A DNA stretch of 64,000 nt from a virus. Shown in pieces: positions 28,160-37,200 of the stretch; the stretch's first letter is position 1, and the number at the start of each line of letters is the position of its first letter. Under the pieces are notes generated by a model. That model did not search any database and was not told the DNA's origin. It was given only the letters and a program-made list of their open reading frames with translations. Position numbers and translations under genes: made by a program. The stretch covers positions 21,444-85,443 of IMG/VR virus record IMGVR_UViG_3300033153_006243. The stretch is one strand, 5' to 3'.

Positions 28160-28651
28160 ATGCCTGAAGAAGCGGGAACGGTTACGGTACAGTCTATCGT
28201 AGACGAGGGGAAGGTATCCCTCGATCCGATTGAACCTACGCCGAGATCGAGAACAGTGGAAATCGGGGGCAAAAAAATCGAGATTACCCCCGTCAAGGTA
28301 AGGAACTGGAGTGGATTTACCTCTGCGCTATCCTCCTTGGCGAAGCTGTTCGAGGCGAAGAGGGGGGAGATGTTTAAGGAGGAGGAGAAGTTTTCCGCTT
28401 CCCTTTTCCTGGATGCCCTCAGCGACTGCGGGGGGGATATCATTTCTATTCTCTCCGGTATGACGGGAATCGCAAAGGAGGACCTTGAGGATGCAGACTT
28501 GGCAGGAATGATCGGGCTAATCGATGCATGGCTTGAGGTGAACGATGCGGAGAGGGTGGCAGAACGTTTTTTCGCTCTATCGGGAAGGATCAGGGGAACG
28601 AGAAAGGCCCTACAAGAACTGTCGAAGAAGGTAGCGACTTCAGCCAGTTAA
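28160..28651 (+). CDS. Tail assembly chaperone G
   Basis: Between tube and tape measure; contains a slippery site. Confidence 0.8.
   Translation: MPEEAGTVTVQSIVDEGKVSLDPIEPTPRSRTVEIGGKKIEITPVKVRNWSGFTSALSSLAKLFEAKRGEMFKEEEKFSASLFLDALSDCGGDIISILSGMTGIAKEDLEDADLAGMIGLIDAWLEVNDAERVAERFFALSGRIRGTRKALQELSKKVATSAS
28567..28573 (+). other. -1 programmed frameshift site T-TTT-TTC
   Basis: In-frame X XXY YYZ heptamer; the -1 frame stays open to 28905. Confidence 0.8.
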
Positions 28652-28695
28652 TTGCGATTTTTCTTCAGGCGTACTCTTATACCCTCGATGAGGTT

Positions 28696-28905
28696 ATGGA
28701 GATGCCTGTGGTAACTTTCTTTCAGATGGTAAGCCACGGGATACGGACGAAGGGGGCTGACCTCGCTATCTATGCGAGAGCGACCCAACTTGCCGTCGGT
28801 AGCATACTAGGCGGTAAGAAAGGTCTCCAGGCGTTTGAGCAATATCTCGACATACTGCAAGGCAGGCGGGGGATTACGGTCGAGGAGGTTCTTAGGAGAC
28901 TCTAG
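28696..28905 (+). CDS. C-terminal part of the frameshifted GT chaperone
   Basis: Same frame as the -1 product; YTLDEVMEMP motif. Confidence 0.7.
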   Translation: MEMPVVTFFQMVSHGIRTKGADLAIYARATQLAVGSILGGKKGLQAFEQYLDILQGRRGITVEEVLRRL

Positions 28906-31499
28906 TGGCCAATGTTGAGGGCATCTACGTCAAGGTAGTTGCCGACATCAAGCAATTCATGACGGGCATAGATAAAACTATGGCCAAGACGGAAGCCTTC
29001 GCAAGGAAGGCACGTGCCGCGTCTATGGCCGTCGCCGCTATCGGGGCTGCCGCGACTGCGGCCTTCGCCCTCTCCGTCAAGACCGCCGCCCAGTTCCAGC
29101 AGGAGCTAGCGAATACCCAATCCGTAGCGAATGCGACCAAAGTGGAATTAGGGAGGCTACGCGACGCTGCGGAGGACTTCGGGCGTACTACGATATTCAC
29201 GGCAAAACAGGCGGCTGCCGCGATGTATGATCTTGCTTCCGCTGGATTGGATACCACAGAGATTATCGAGACCCTTCCGGGAGTCATCGCCCTTGCCGCC
29301 GCTACACAGAACGACCTTGCTTTTACTTCCCAGCTTGTGACCGCATCCCTTAAGCAGTTCGGCCTCGCGACCTCGGAATCCGAGAGGATTGCGAACGTTA
29401 TGGCGGCAACTATCTCGAAAACGAAGGCCACAATGGACAAGCTGGCCTCATCAATGGCTTATATCGGCCCGATTGCAAGCGCCATAGGGATGTCTCTTGA
29501 GGAAACCGCCGCCTCCCTGGGTCTACTTTACGATGCAGGATTCGAGGCGTCGATGGCAGCAACGGGATTGAGGATGGGAATCGCGCAACTCCTCGGCCCG
29601 ACCCCAAAGGCTACTAAGCTTCTTGCTCAGATGGGCCTGACTGCTCAGGATGTAAACGTCGAAATTCATGGGCTTGCTAATGTCATTGATAAATTAAGAG
29701 AAGCCGACATAGGCGCGACGGAAGCCTTCGAGATATTCGGGAACAGATCCGCCGCCGCGATGCTTAGCTTGACAAAGCAGGGAGGAGGGGCGCTTCGAGA
29801 ACTAACTAAGGAAATTACAGGAACCGATGATGCCGCACGAATGTCCGCTCAGCAGCTTGATACCCTGCCGGGAAGAGGAAAGCTTTTGCTATCCGCCCTT
29901 GAGGGTCTGAAGATTGAGATTGGAACCTACCTTGTTCCTGCTCTTGAAGGCTTAACGGATAAATTAACAACGATAGTAAACGCAGTCACCAATTATTTAA
30001 AAGAGCATCCGGCGGTGGGTAAGGCACTAACCTTTCTCGGTTCAACTCTTGGTATAATCGCTACAGTTCTAGGGACTATCGGAATTATTCTAGCCCCAGC
30101 TATTTATACCCTTAAAAGCATAAAGGTCGTGCTTATTGCGCTAGGCGTTAAGATAAAGGTTATAGTGGGGTTTCTTCTTTCCATCCCATCGGCCATCGCG
30201 GCGATCCTAGTCGCTGGGGCTGCCCTTCTTGCTTGGGTAGTCGCCTTCCCGATACATTTTGTCCGTACAACGTCCAGAGTGAAGACCGCGCTACTTGGAA
30301 TTGGGGAGGCTATAACCGAACTTCTTGAACAGTTCTTTAATCTTCTTGGGAAAATCCCCATCGTCAGCAAGGTATTTGAGAAACTAGCGGGGATTATCGA
30401 AAAGGTCGGGGATAAATTTGGGAAGGCAAAAGAAAAGGAGGAGAAGTTCCGTGCGGCGCTCGAATGGACCGAGGAGGAAGTCGAAGGGGTCGGAGAGGGG
30501 CTTGAAAAGGTAGGGGATAAGGTAGACGAGACCGCGAATAAGGTGAATGCCGCCGCGAATACTATGAAGGACGGCTTTGATGGGGTTGCCAATGCGGTAG
30601 GCGGAATGGCCGACCAGTTTGACGATGTAGAAAATAACGTTACAAATCTGACGAAGGCCCTTGAGACTTATGAGGAGTTTATCGAAAGGATAAATGCGGA
30701 GCGGGAGAGGGCGGCGAATGAGGAGAAGAATCTAGCCCGCTACCAGAAGGAAAGCCTTAAGGCGTTCAAGGAATCCGCGGTTGGGCGGATGCTTGGACTC
30801 AAAGAGGAAGCAGTAGGCCGCACTAAGGAAATCTACGAGTATAAGGCTAGGGAAGCAAGGGAGAAATATGTCGAGGATCGGCTTGCAAAATATCGGGAAA
30901 GATGGGGGGATAAACTTAGTGAGAAGAGAGAGAAGTCCGAAAGATCGAGGGCGGAAGCTACGGCGAAGGCTATGTTTCCTATGTATGATAAGTTAAACGA
31001 GCTTTTAGAGAAGAGAAAGGCCACGCTAATCGAGAAGTATGGGGAGGAGTCCGTTAAGAAGATCGACCTAACAAAGACCCTTCCTATGGGATTAAGGGAA
31101 ATGATAGATGCAGCGAAGGGGAAGCAAAGGGCTGAGGTCGATTGGGATGTGGTGCTTAGGGGTCGGGGGGCAGAAATGGTTAGCGAGGCTAGAACTAAGA
31201 ATATGATAGACGCGCTTAGTACCGCCGTTACCGCGGGCATAAAAATGGCAGTAGAAACCCCAAGGGGATTTATACCAAAAGTTTCAAAGCCCGAAGTAGA
31301 AGCCAAACCCGTATCTGTTGAAGCCCAAAGGCAAATGAATCGGGAAATGATCAAGGGAACATTTACGGATCCCTTTACCCGTCTCGTATTCCAAAATACC
31401 TGGAACATCAAGGACGTAACCTTACAGGAACTGATCAAGAAATCCGCTAAGGAGCTTGAGGATCAGGTCAAAGCGGGAACGGCAAACGCGGGGGATTGA
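28905..31499 (+). CDS. Tape measure protein (TP901-like core)
   Basis: TIFTAKQAAAAMYDLASAG, YIGPIAS, AATGLR; long helical protein. Confidence 0.95.
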   Translation: MANVEGIYVKVVADIKQFMTGIDKTMAKTEAFARKARAASMAVAAIGAAATAAFALSVKTAAQFQQELANTQSVANATKVELGRLRDAAEDFGRTTIFTAKQAAAAMYDLASAGLDTTEIIETLPGVIALAAATQNDLAFTSQLVTASLKQFGLATSESERIANVMAATISKTKATMDKLASSMAYIGPIASAIGMSLEETAASLGLLYDAGFEASMAATGLRMGIAQLLGPTPKATKLLAQMGLTAQDVNVEIHGLANVIDKLREADIGATEAFEIFGNRSAAAMLSLTKQGGGALRELTKEITGTDDAARMSAQQLDTLPGRGKLLLSALEGLKIEIGTYLVPALEGLTDKLTTIVNAVTNYLKEHPAVGKALTFLGSTLGIIATVLGTIGIILAPAIYTLKSIKVVLIALGVKIKVIVGFLLSIPSAIAAILVAGAALLAWVVAFPIHFVRTTSRVKTALLGIGEAITELLEQFFNLLGKIPIVSKVFEKLAGIIEKVGDKFGKAKEKEEKFRAALEWTEEEVEGVGEGLEKVGDKVDETANKVNAAANTMKDGFDGVANAVGGMADQFDDVENNVTNLTKALETYEEFIERINAERERAANEEKNLARYQKESLKAFKESAVGRMLGLKEEAVGRTKEIYEYKAREAREKYVEDRLAKYRERWGDKLSEKREKSERSRAEATAKAMFPMYDKLNELLEKRKATLIEKYGEESVKKIDLTKTLPMGLREMIDAAKGKQRAEVDWDVVLRGRGAEMVSEARTKNMIDALSTAVTAGIKMAVETPRGFIPKVSKPEVEAKPVSVEAQRQMNREMIKGTFTDPFTRLVFQNTWNIKDVTLQELIKKSAKELEDQVKAGTANAGD

Positions 31500-31502
31500 C
31501 GA

Positions 31503-31949
31503 ATGGCTCTTGAATATAATATGGGAATCAAGCCGAGTGGAGGAGCCTTCACCGCCTTCCCCGCTTCCGTTACCCTACAGGAGTTCACCGTTGGTCAGGA
31601 TACGATCTCGAATGAACACCAGGTTCCGCTCGCCGAAGGTATAGTTAGGACGGGATGGCGGCCCGGCGCGGTTACCATTACTATACGAGGAAGGGTAACC
31701 CAGACTTCCCACGTTGCGGCCCTTGATGATATCCAGGAGATCAGGAACCTCTTCCTTGATAACTCGAACTATAGGCTTGTCCGCTACCGGACGGGAAGCA
31801 CGGATCAGGAATACTGGGAGGAGTGCTATACAGAAAGCTTTCGTTGGCCACGCGACCGAAAACCCCCACGGGTTATTGACTGGCAGGCAACCGTGATAGC
31901 GAGCGATCCTGAGCATTACCAGGCAACTCCGCTTGCTCAGGACCCCTGA
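31503..31949 (+). CDS. Distal tail protein-like
   Basis: Follows the tape measure gene; ITIRG..ASDP. Confidence 0.7.
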   Translation: MALEYNMGIKPSGGAFTAFPASVTLQEFTVGQDTISNEHQVPLAEGIVRTGWRPGAVTITIRGRVTQTSHVAALDDIQEIRNLFLDNSNYRLVRYRTGSTDQEYWEECYTESFRWPRDRKPPRVIDWQATVIASDPEHYQATPLAQDP

Positions 31950-31963
31950 TAGTCCTTGAGATA

Positions 31964-32019
31964 CGATTCTAAGTGCCCAGGACGCCCATAGCAGGACTTT
32001 AATCTCCTAGATGTACGAT
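31964..32019 (+). promoter_or_regulatory. 56-bp promoter-like element shared with 46131-46186
   Basis: 38/56 ungapped identity by manual alignment; ends in TACGAT. Confidence 0.6.
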
Positions 32020-32050
32020 TAGAACTTAAGCCTGTAGAAAGCAAATTACG

Positions 32051-32677
32051 ATGGGAACAGCGGCAGTAATTGGCAATGGCGCGGGAATGCTAAAGGAGGA
32101 GAGGTTGGGGGGGCTCATAGACTCCTTTGACGCCGTAGTCCGCGTGAACTGGTATCGCATTAGGGGCTACGAGGAATTCGTCGGCTCCCGAATAGACTAC
32201 TGGGTTACTGATCTTCGTCCCGTAAAACACGGCCCGCCGGAGAATCTTGATCAGATCAAGGAGGTTTGGATCTACCCGTTCTACGAATTCTCGCCGGAGA
32301 CCCATCAAGGCCACATCAAGTTCTGTCCCGATACGGAAATCGTTTCCAACAAGAAGTTCTATATGTGGACGTATGGCTTCATTCCAGGGAAAAGGTGGCC
32401 GTCGAATGGGTTTGGCGCACTGATGTATACCTTAACGAGGCTGAAGCCCTCTAAGCTCCTTTTAGCCGGGTTCGATTCCCTTCTCGACCCTACCGTTGCG
32501 TATACCTACTACTACGGTAAAATCGGCGTCAGTTCTAGGGAGGGAACCGGATTTGATATAGCACACTCGAACCATAGCCTTAAGGACGAGAATAGGGCAT
32601 TTACAGAATTCACCCAAGATGGATATAGAGAAGAATGGAGGCGTAACGGATGCCAGCTCTTGATCTCTCAGTCGTAA
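32051..32677 (+). CDS. Second GT29-like glycosyltransferase
   Basis: VIGNG..IDSFDAVVRVN..VGSRID; PSNG..AGFD; HSLKDE. Confidence 0.75.
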   Translation: MGTAAVIGNGAGMLKEERLGGLIDSFDAVVRVNWYRIRGYEEFVGSRIDYWVTDLRPVKHGPPENLDQIKEVWIYPFYEFSPETHQGHIKFCPDTEIVSNKKFYMWTYGFIPGKRWPSNGFGALMYTLTRLKPSKLLLAGFDSLLDPTVAYTYYYGKIGVSSREGTGFDIAHSNHSLKDENRAFTEFTQDGYREEWRRNGCQLLISQS

Positions 32678-33444
32678 TCTCCACGATGGGAAGGCCAAGG
32701 CTATTCGACCTCTGCTTAAGATCATTGGTAATGACGGAAATGAATCCGTCCCGATGGGAGATTGTCGTAATTGACGACGGGAGCCTCCCGCTAGATAAGG
32801 ATCGGAACCGTGCTATAGTCAACTGGGTACGGGCGGAATCTCCCGTTGCCATCTCGTATTTCTACCGCTCGATAAACATAGGTAGGCCGAACAATGTCGC
32901 GCTGCCGAGAAACTGTGGGCTTAGAAAGGCTAGGGGGAAATATATTGCCTTTGTAGACGGAGATTGCGTATTCGTCAGCGATGTGATTCGGCGGGCGATG
33001 GACTGGATTAAGATGCTGGAGGAGACCGGCGTCCCTACGTTCATGACAAGCGGGGATTGGGATAGGATATCAAAGGATTCAGGAGGGCGCTTCCATCGGA
33101 ATATGTCCATCGGAAATGTCTCCTGTTCGCATAGGGGGGCGACCTCAAGCGTTCCGTTCGGCCCCTGGTTCTCCGTTGACCGCGAGGTGCTGCTACGGAT
33201 CAACGGATTCGACGAGAGGTTTAGTACCTACGGCGGCGAGGACGAGGATATAGTATCGCGGCTAATGCGACTGCACTACCGTCCGTTCCGGGATACCCAG
33301 GTAATAGCGATTCATCTATATCATGATCCCGGAATAGCAGGGCAGGATAAGGAGCAGCACCAAAGGCAGAAGGAATGGATTCGCGAAAAGACCAACGTCC
33401 GTAACGAGGGGGTAGAATGGGGAATTTTATGCCTACCGAAATAG
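32650..33444 (+). CDS. GT2 glycosyltransferase
   Basis: SVVIST, VIDDGS, RNCG, FVDGD, GFDERF..YGGEDED. Confidence 0.9.
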   Translation: MPALDLSVVISTMGRPRLFDLCLRSLVMTEMNPSRWEIVVIDDGSLPLDKDRNRAIVNWVRAESPVAISYFYRSINIGRPNNVALPRNCGLRKARGKYIAFVDGDCVFVSDVIRRAMDWIKMLEETGVPTFMTSGDWDRISKDSGGRFHRNMSIGNVSCSHRGATSSVPFGPWFSVDREVLLRINGFDERFSTYGGEDEDIVSRLMRLHYRPFRDTQVIAIHLYHDPGIAGQDKEQHQRQKEWIREKTNVRNEGVEWGILCLPK

Positions 33445-33743
33445 AGAAGACGTTCCCTCACCGTAAGATAGACGAGAAGGGACTGAAGGCGCGGGCTGAA
33501 GCCCTTAAGGATATGTCTGAATCCGTGAAGAAAAAGGTTGATCGGATTAACGGGCAGATTTCGGATCTTACCATCATGAAGAAGGAGATTCGCTACGAAT
33601 GGGTAGAGGCCGTTTGGCGGCTAGGGGTGATCCCCGGAAACGTAAGTGAGTTCAAGGTGCTTGCGGTGACGAAGGATGGACGGAACGTAGGCTGGAGCCT
33701 AAAGGAGCCGGAGTTCAAGGAGATTGATAGCGATGGAAAGTAG
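33417..33743 (+). CDS. Hypothetical protein
   Basis: Operon packing. Confidence 0.55.
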   Translation: MGNFMPTEIEKTFPHRKIDEKGLKARAEALKDMSESVKKKVDRINGQISDLTIMKKEIRYEWVEAVWRLGVIPGNVSEFKVLAVTKDGRNVGWSLKEPEFKEIDSDGK

Positions 33744-34281
33744 GATCATAGAGTCCGGGCCGATTGGCGGCGCTGCCGTTGTCTCGTCGGAAGGACTCTC
33801 CAAGTCGAGGGAGATATGGCCGGAAAGCAGCCCGGCCCCTAAGATCACGAAGGACCCTATCGTCATCGAGCGGGTGAAGATAGACCCGCAGGAGCTTGAG
33901 GCGGTTTCCGCTACCGTCATCTCGGATACCGAGAGGATGCTTACGGCCTTGAGGAATACGGAAAGCAAGATGGACGAAATCGTCGAGAAGGAATTCGAGG
34001 GGAATAGGCAGAAGGCGTTCGAGAACAGTAAGGAATACAAGGCGCTTTGGAAAGTTCATAGGGGTACGGTGATGGACTGGGGGTCGGATATATCGAGGGC
34101 GAAGCTCCACGTAGGCAGGATTCCAACATGGGGGAGGAAGCCAAAGATCATGGCGTTGGGAACCGATGGGAAGACCAGGACATGGGAAAAGGGACAGGTT
34201 GGATTTAGAGCCGAGGCGCAGATCGTTCCTAAGCCTCTGGGTTCCCCTAGTTCCGGTGGATTGGAAGGGGAGACTCCCTAA
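33724..34281 (+). CDS. Hypothetical protein
   Basis: Operon packing; TAATG coupling to the next gene. Confidence 0.6.
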   Translation: MIAMESRIIESGPIGGAAVVSSEGLSKSREIWPESSPAPKITKDPIVIERVKIDPQELEAVSATVISDTERMLTALRNTESKMDEIVEKEFEGNRQKAFENSKEYKALWKVHRGTVMDWGSDISRAKLHVGRIPTWGRKPKIMALGTDGKTRTWEKGQVGFRAEAQIVPKPLGSPSSGGLEGETP

Positions 34282-37200
34282 TGGCCGACTATAGGCAGAG
34301 CTGGTTCTTTTATCGAATATCTAGCGCTTGGATGGGGCTCCCTATGACCTTCTATGGGGGCTACTATCATAACCCAGTTCAATATGGATTCCTTGACGCG
34401 CCGACAAGCTATACCCTAGATGATCTTGGCTTTCTAAGAACGGGAGGTATACACGAATGGACATACCAGAAGAATAGTATCCCTATATTCCTCAGAAGGG
34501 ATAACTGCGATAACTTTACTGACGGGGAGGTAGAGAATTATTGGACTATAACGAATAATGGGGGTTCGGGAATATATGAAACTAACTCTCCGGTGGTTGC
34601 TACTTGGCCTGCGTGGTTTTATATTGCTGGGAGCTATGGGGGGGGAATGCGTAGGCAGGATGCCGTTGGACACGACCCGATGTCAACGGGGCACATGTGG
34701 GTAGATACATTTACCCACGGCGAGATGATACGGAATTTGAATAATAACGATACCGAATTCTGGGTAGCAGCACGTCTCTGTCCAAGAGGTGGACCAACTG
34801 CAACAACAGGTACGATTGGAGCATGGTCTATATTCAATTCCGATGACTATTATACTTCGGGACTCTTCCTCTTTCCCGACCATGACGGCGGGTGGGGGGT
34901 AAATAAGAGATATAACCGAATCGAGATAGGTCTTACCTACGATTCCTCAATCGGCGGATCAAATGTAGGTATCTGGTTTGCGGCATCTGCCTGGGATCCA
35001 GATGCAGGGGACGATATAAGGGACCATAATGTCGAAGAGGTACTTGATACGACAGATGGTCCTGTTGAGGTAATGATCCAGCGTAGGAATATTAGCGGCA
35101 TTACGGCGGATTGGTATGTCTATTATCGTATTCACGGTTCCGTTGGCGGACCGAACGACTGGGGGGCTTGGCAGGAGGCGGACGATGCGGGGGTAAAGGC
35201 AGTAATCGCCGCTTGGGGGACCGCCTGGACAGACCCCGGTAGGCTAGACCAAAGCGTTACCTGTTACTGCGGAACATATGCGTATACCCAGAACGCCGGG
35301 TTAGATAACGAGCGGGCGTTCTTCGGAAGATTCCAGTATGGGCTTAACCCGTCTGATCCGGCGTCTAACCAGCTATATCTTGAGGACCATTTAGCATCCG
35401 AGGAGATCGAGTTTAAGGAGGTTCTCACCGGGACCCCGTATGCCTATTGGGATATGAGCACATTTGACCATACTATTACCAATACATTAGTAACAAATGT
35501 CTTCGGTATCGAAGGATCCGCGAAGAACGATCTTGTCCAGTTTGCCTACGATATTGATAACGACAATACGCCGTCCTATTCTGCCTATAAGACCCTTGCC
35601 CAAATGCAGGCAGAACCGGATAAGCATGGGAAGTATTTCCATCTGAAGGCGAAGTTGATTGATGGCGCAGGAGCGCCTACTCCCTATGGTGGGGTTGTCT
35701 TTCCGGGGTCTTCTGATAATGAGGGGGAATATAGTTTTTTCGATTATGATGCCTCGACGACCCCAGAGTTCGGGATAACGACCTGTGTATTCAAGTATGG
35801 GCCGGACTTCACATTCGAGGGTTCCCCGACTAGCGGCGGTCCACCCCTTTCCGTTAATTTCTGGCCGATAATAGAGTCAAGTGCGACAGTAGTTTCCTCA
35901 TGGGATTTCGGCGATCCCGATAGCGGAACGCTTAATTACTCGATGGAAACGACACCAACCCACGTCTACAATGATTATGGGGTCTATTCGGTCGCCCTTA
36001 CCTGCGAGAATCCGTATACTTGGACTACGGTAACCCGATCTGATTATATCACCGTAATCGAACCACAGATAACCTACGCCGTAGATTTCGAGGGATCGCC
36101 GACTAGCGGGTATACCCCACTTAACGTCCAATTCTACGAGACGGGAAGCAACAAGATGGCAAAGGCGTGGTCCTGGGACTTTGGGGACGGACAGACCTCG
36201 GCAAACGCCAACCCGTTCCATCTCTATTCCGAGGCCGGGGTATATACCGTAGCGATGACGGGGACTAGCGTAGACGATGATTCCGATACCGAGACTAAGG
36301 TTAATTATATTACGGTAATCGACGAGGGGTCGCCCGGCCCGCAGCCGAACTTCTATTACGAAAGCTCCCCGATAGATTCACGGGGGGGTATTGCCCCGTA
36401 CCATGTTCACTTCTATGATGCATCGTCGAATAATCCCGACACCTGGAGCTGGGACTTTGATGGGGATGGGGTCGAAGATAGTACCCTCCAGAATCCAAGC
36501 TATACCTACGATTCGGCGGGGACCTATTCGGTTACTTTGGGGGTTTCGCGGGACGGGGGTTCCGTGAACTCGTTTACCTGGGGGAATCTGATTAACGTCG
36601 AAAGCTCATGGGCTCCTTCGGTTTCGGATTCCTACGAATACGGATTCAAGATATGGCATCTCCCCTCGGCGAGCAGATATCTTGAGGGGGGACGGCACTT
36701 AATCTCTGATAATGCAGTAAAGCACTTCTCATGCTCCTATCTTGCTCGCGGGGGATTGGGCGGAGCGCGTCTAGTCTTAGCGAAGGAATGGACGAACCGG
36801 GCGTCAGAAGCTATAGAGATCGGGGACCCCATCGCCCTAATGAAGAAAAACTCCTCCGCCTATTCCGAGGAGGCTGGCTATATCCAGGTCTGGTACTACG
36901 GATACGTTTCCGAAATATCGAGCGATGCGGGATCGGACGAAGTTACCTACATCCTTGAGGGGCCGATGGGTAGGCTCGCCGGGATATATCCAGGCGGTAA
37001 TTCGGACGACGATAAAACCATTTTCTATAAAACCCATATTTATAACATCTATACGGAGAACCCGAACGACCCCCGGCTTCTAGAATCAAGCTTCGTCATT
37101 GATAAGAACAACATCGAGGACATCGTAAAGGACCTATACGACCGATACCTCGCGACGCTAACCTTTTCGGAGAACCCGAACGATCTTGTCTATGGGGCGA

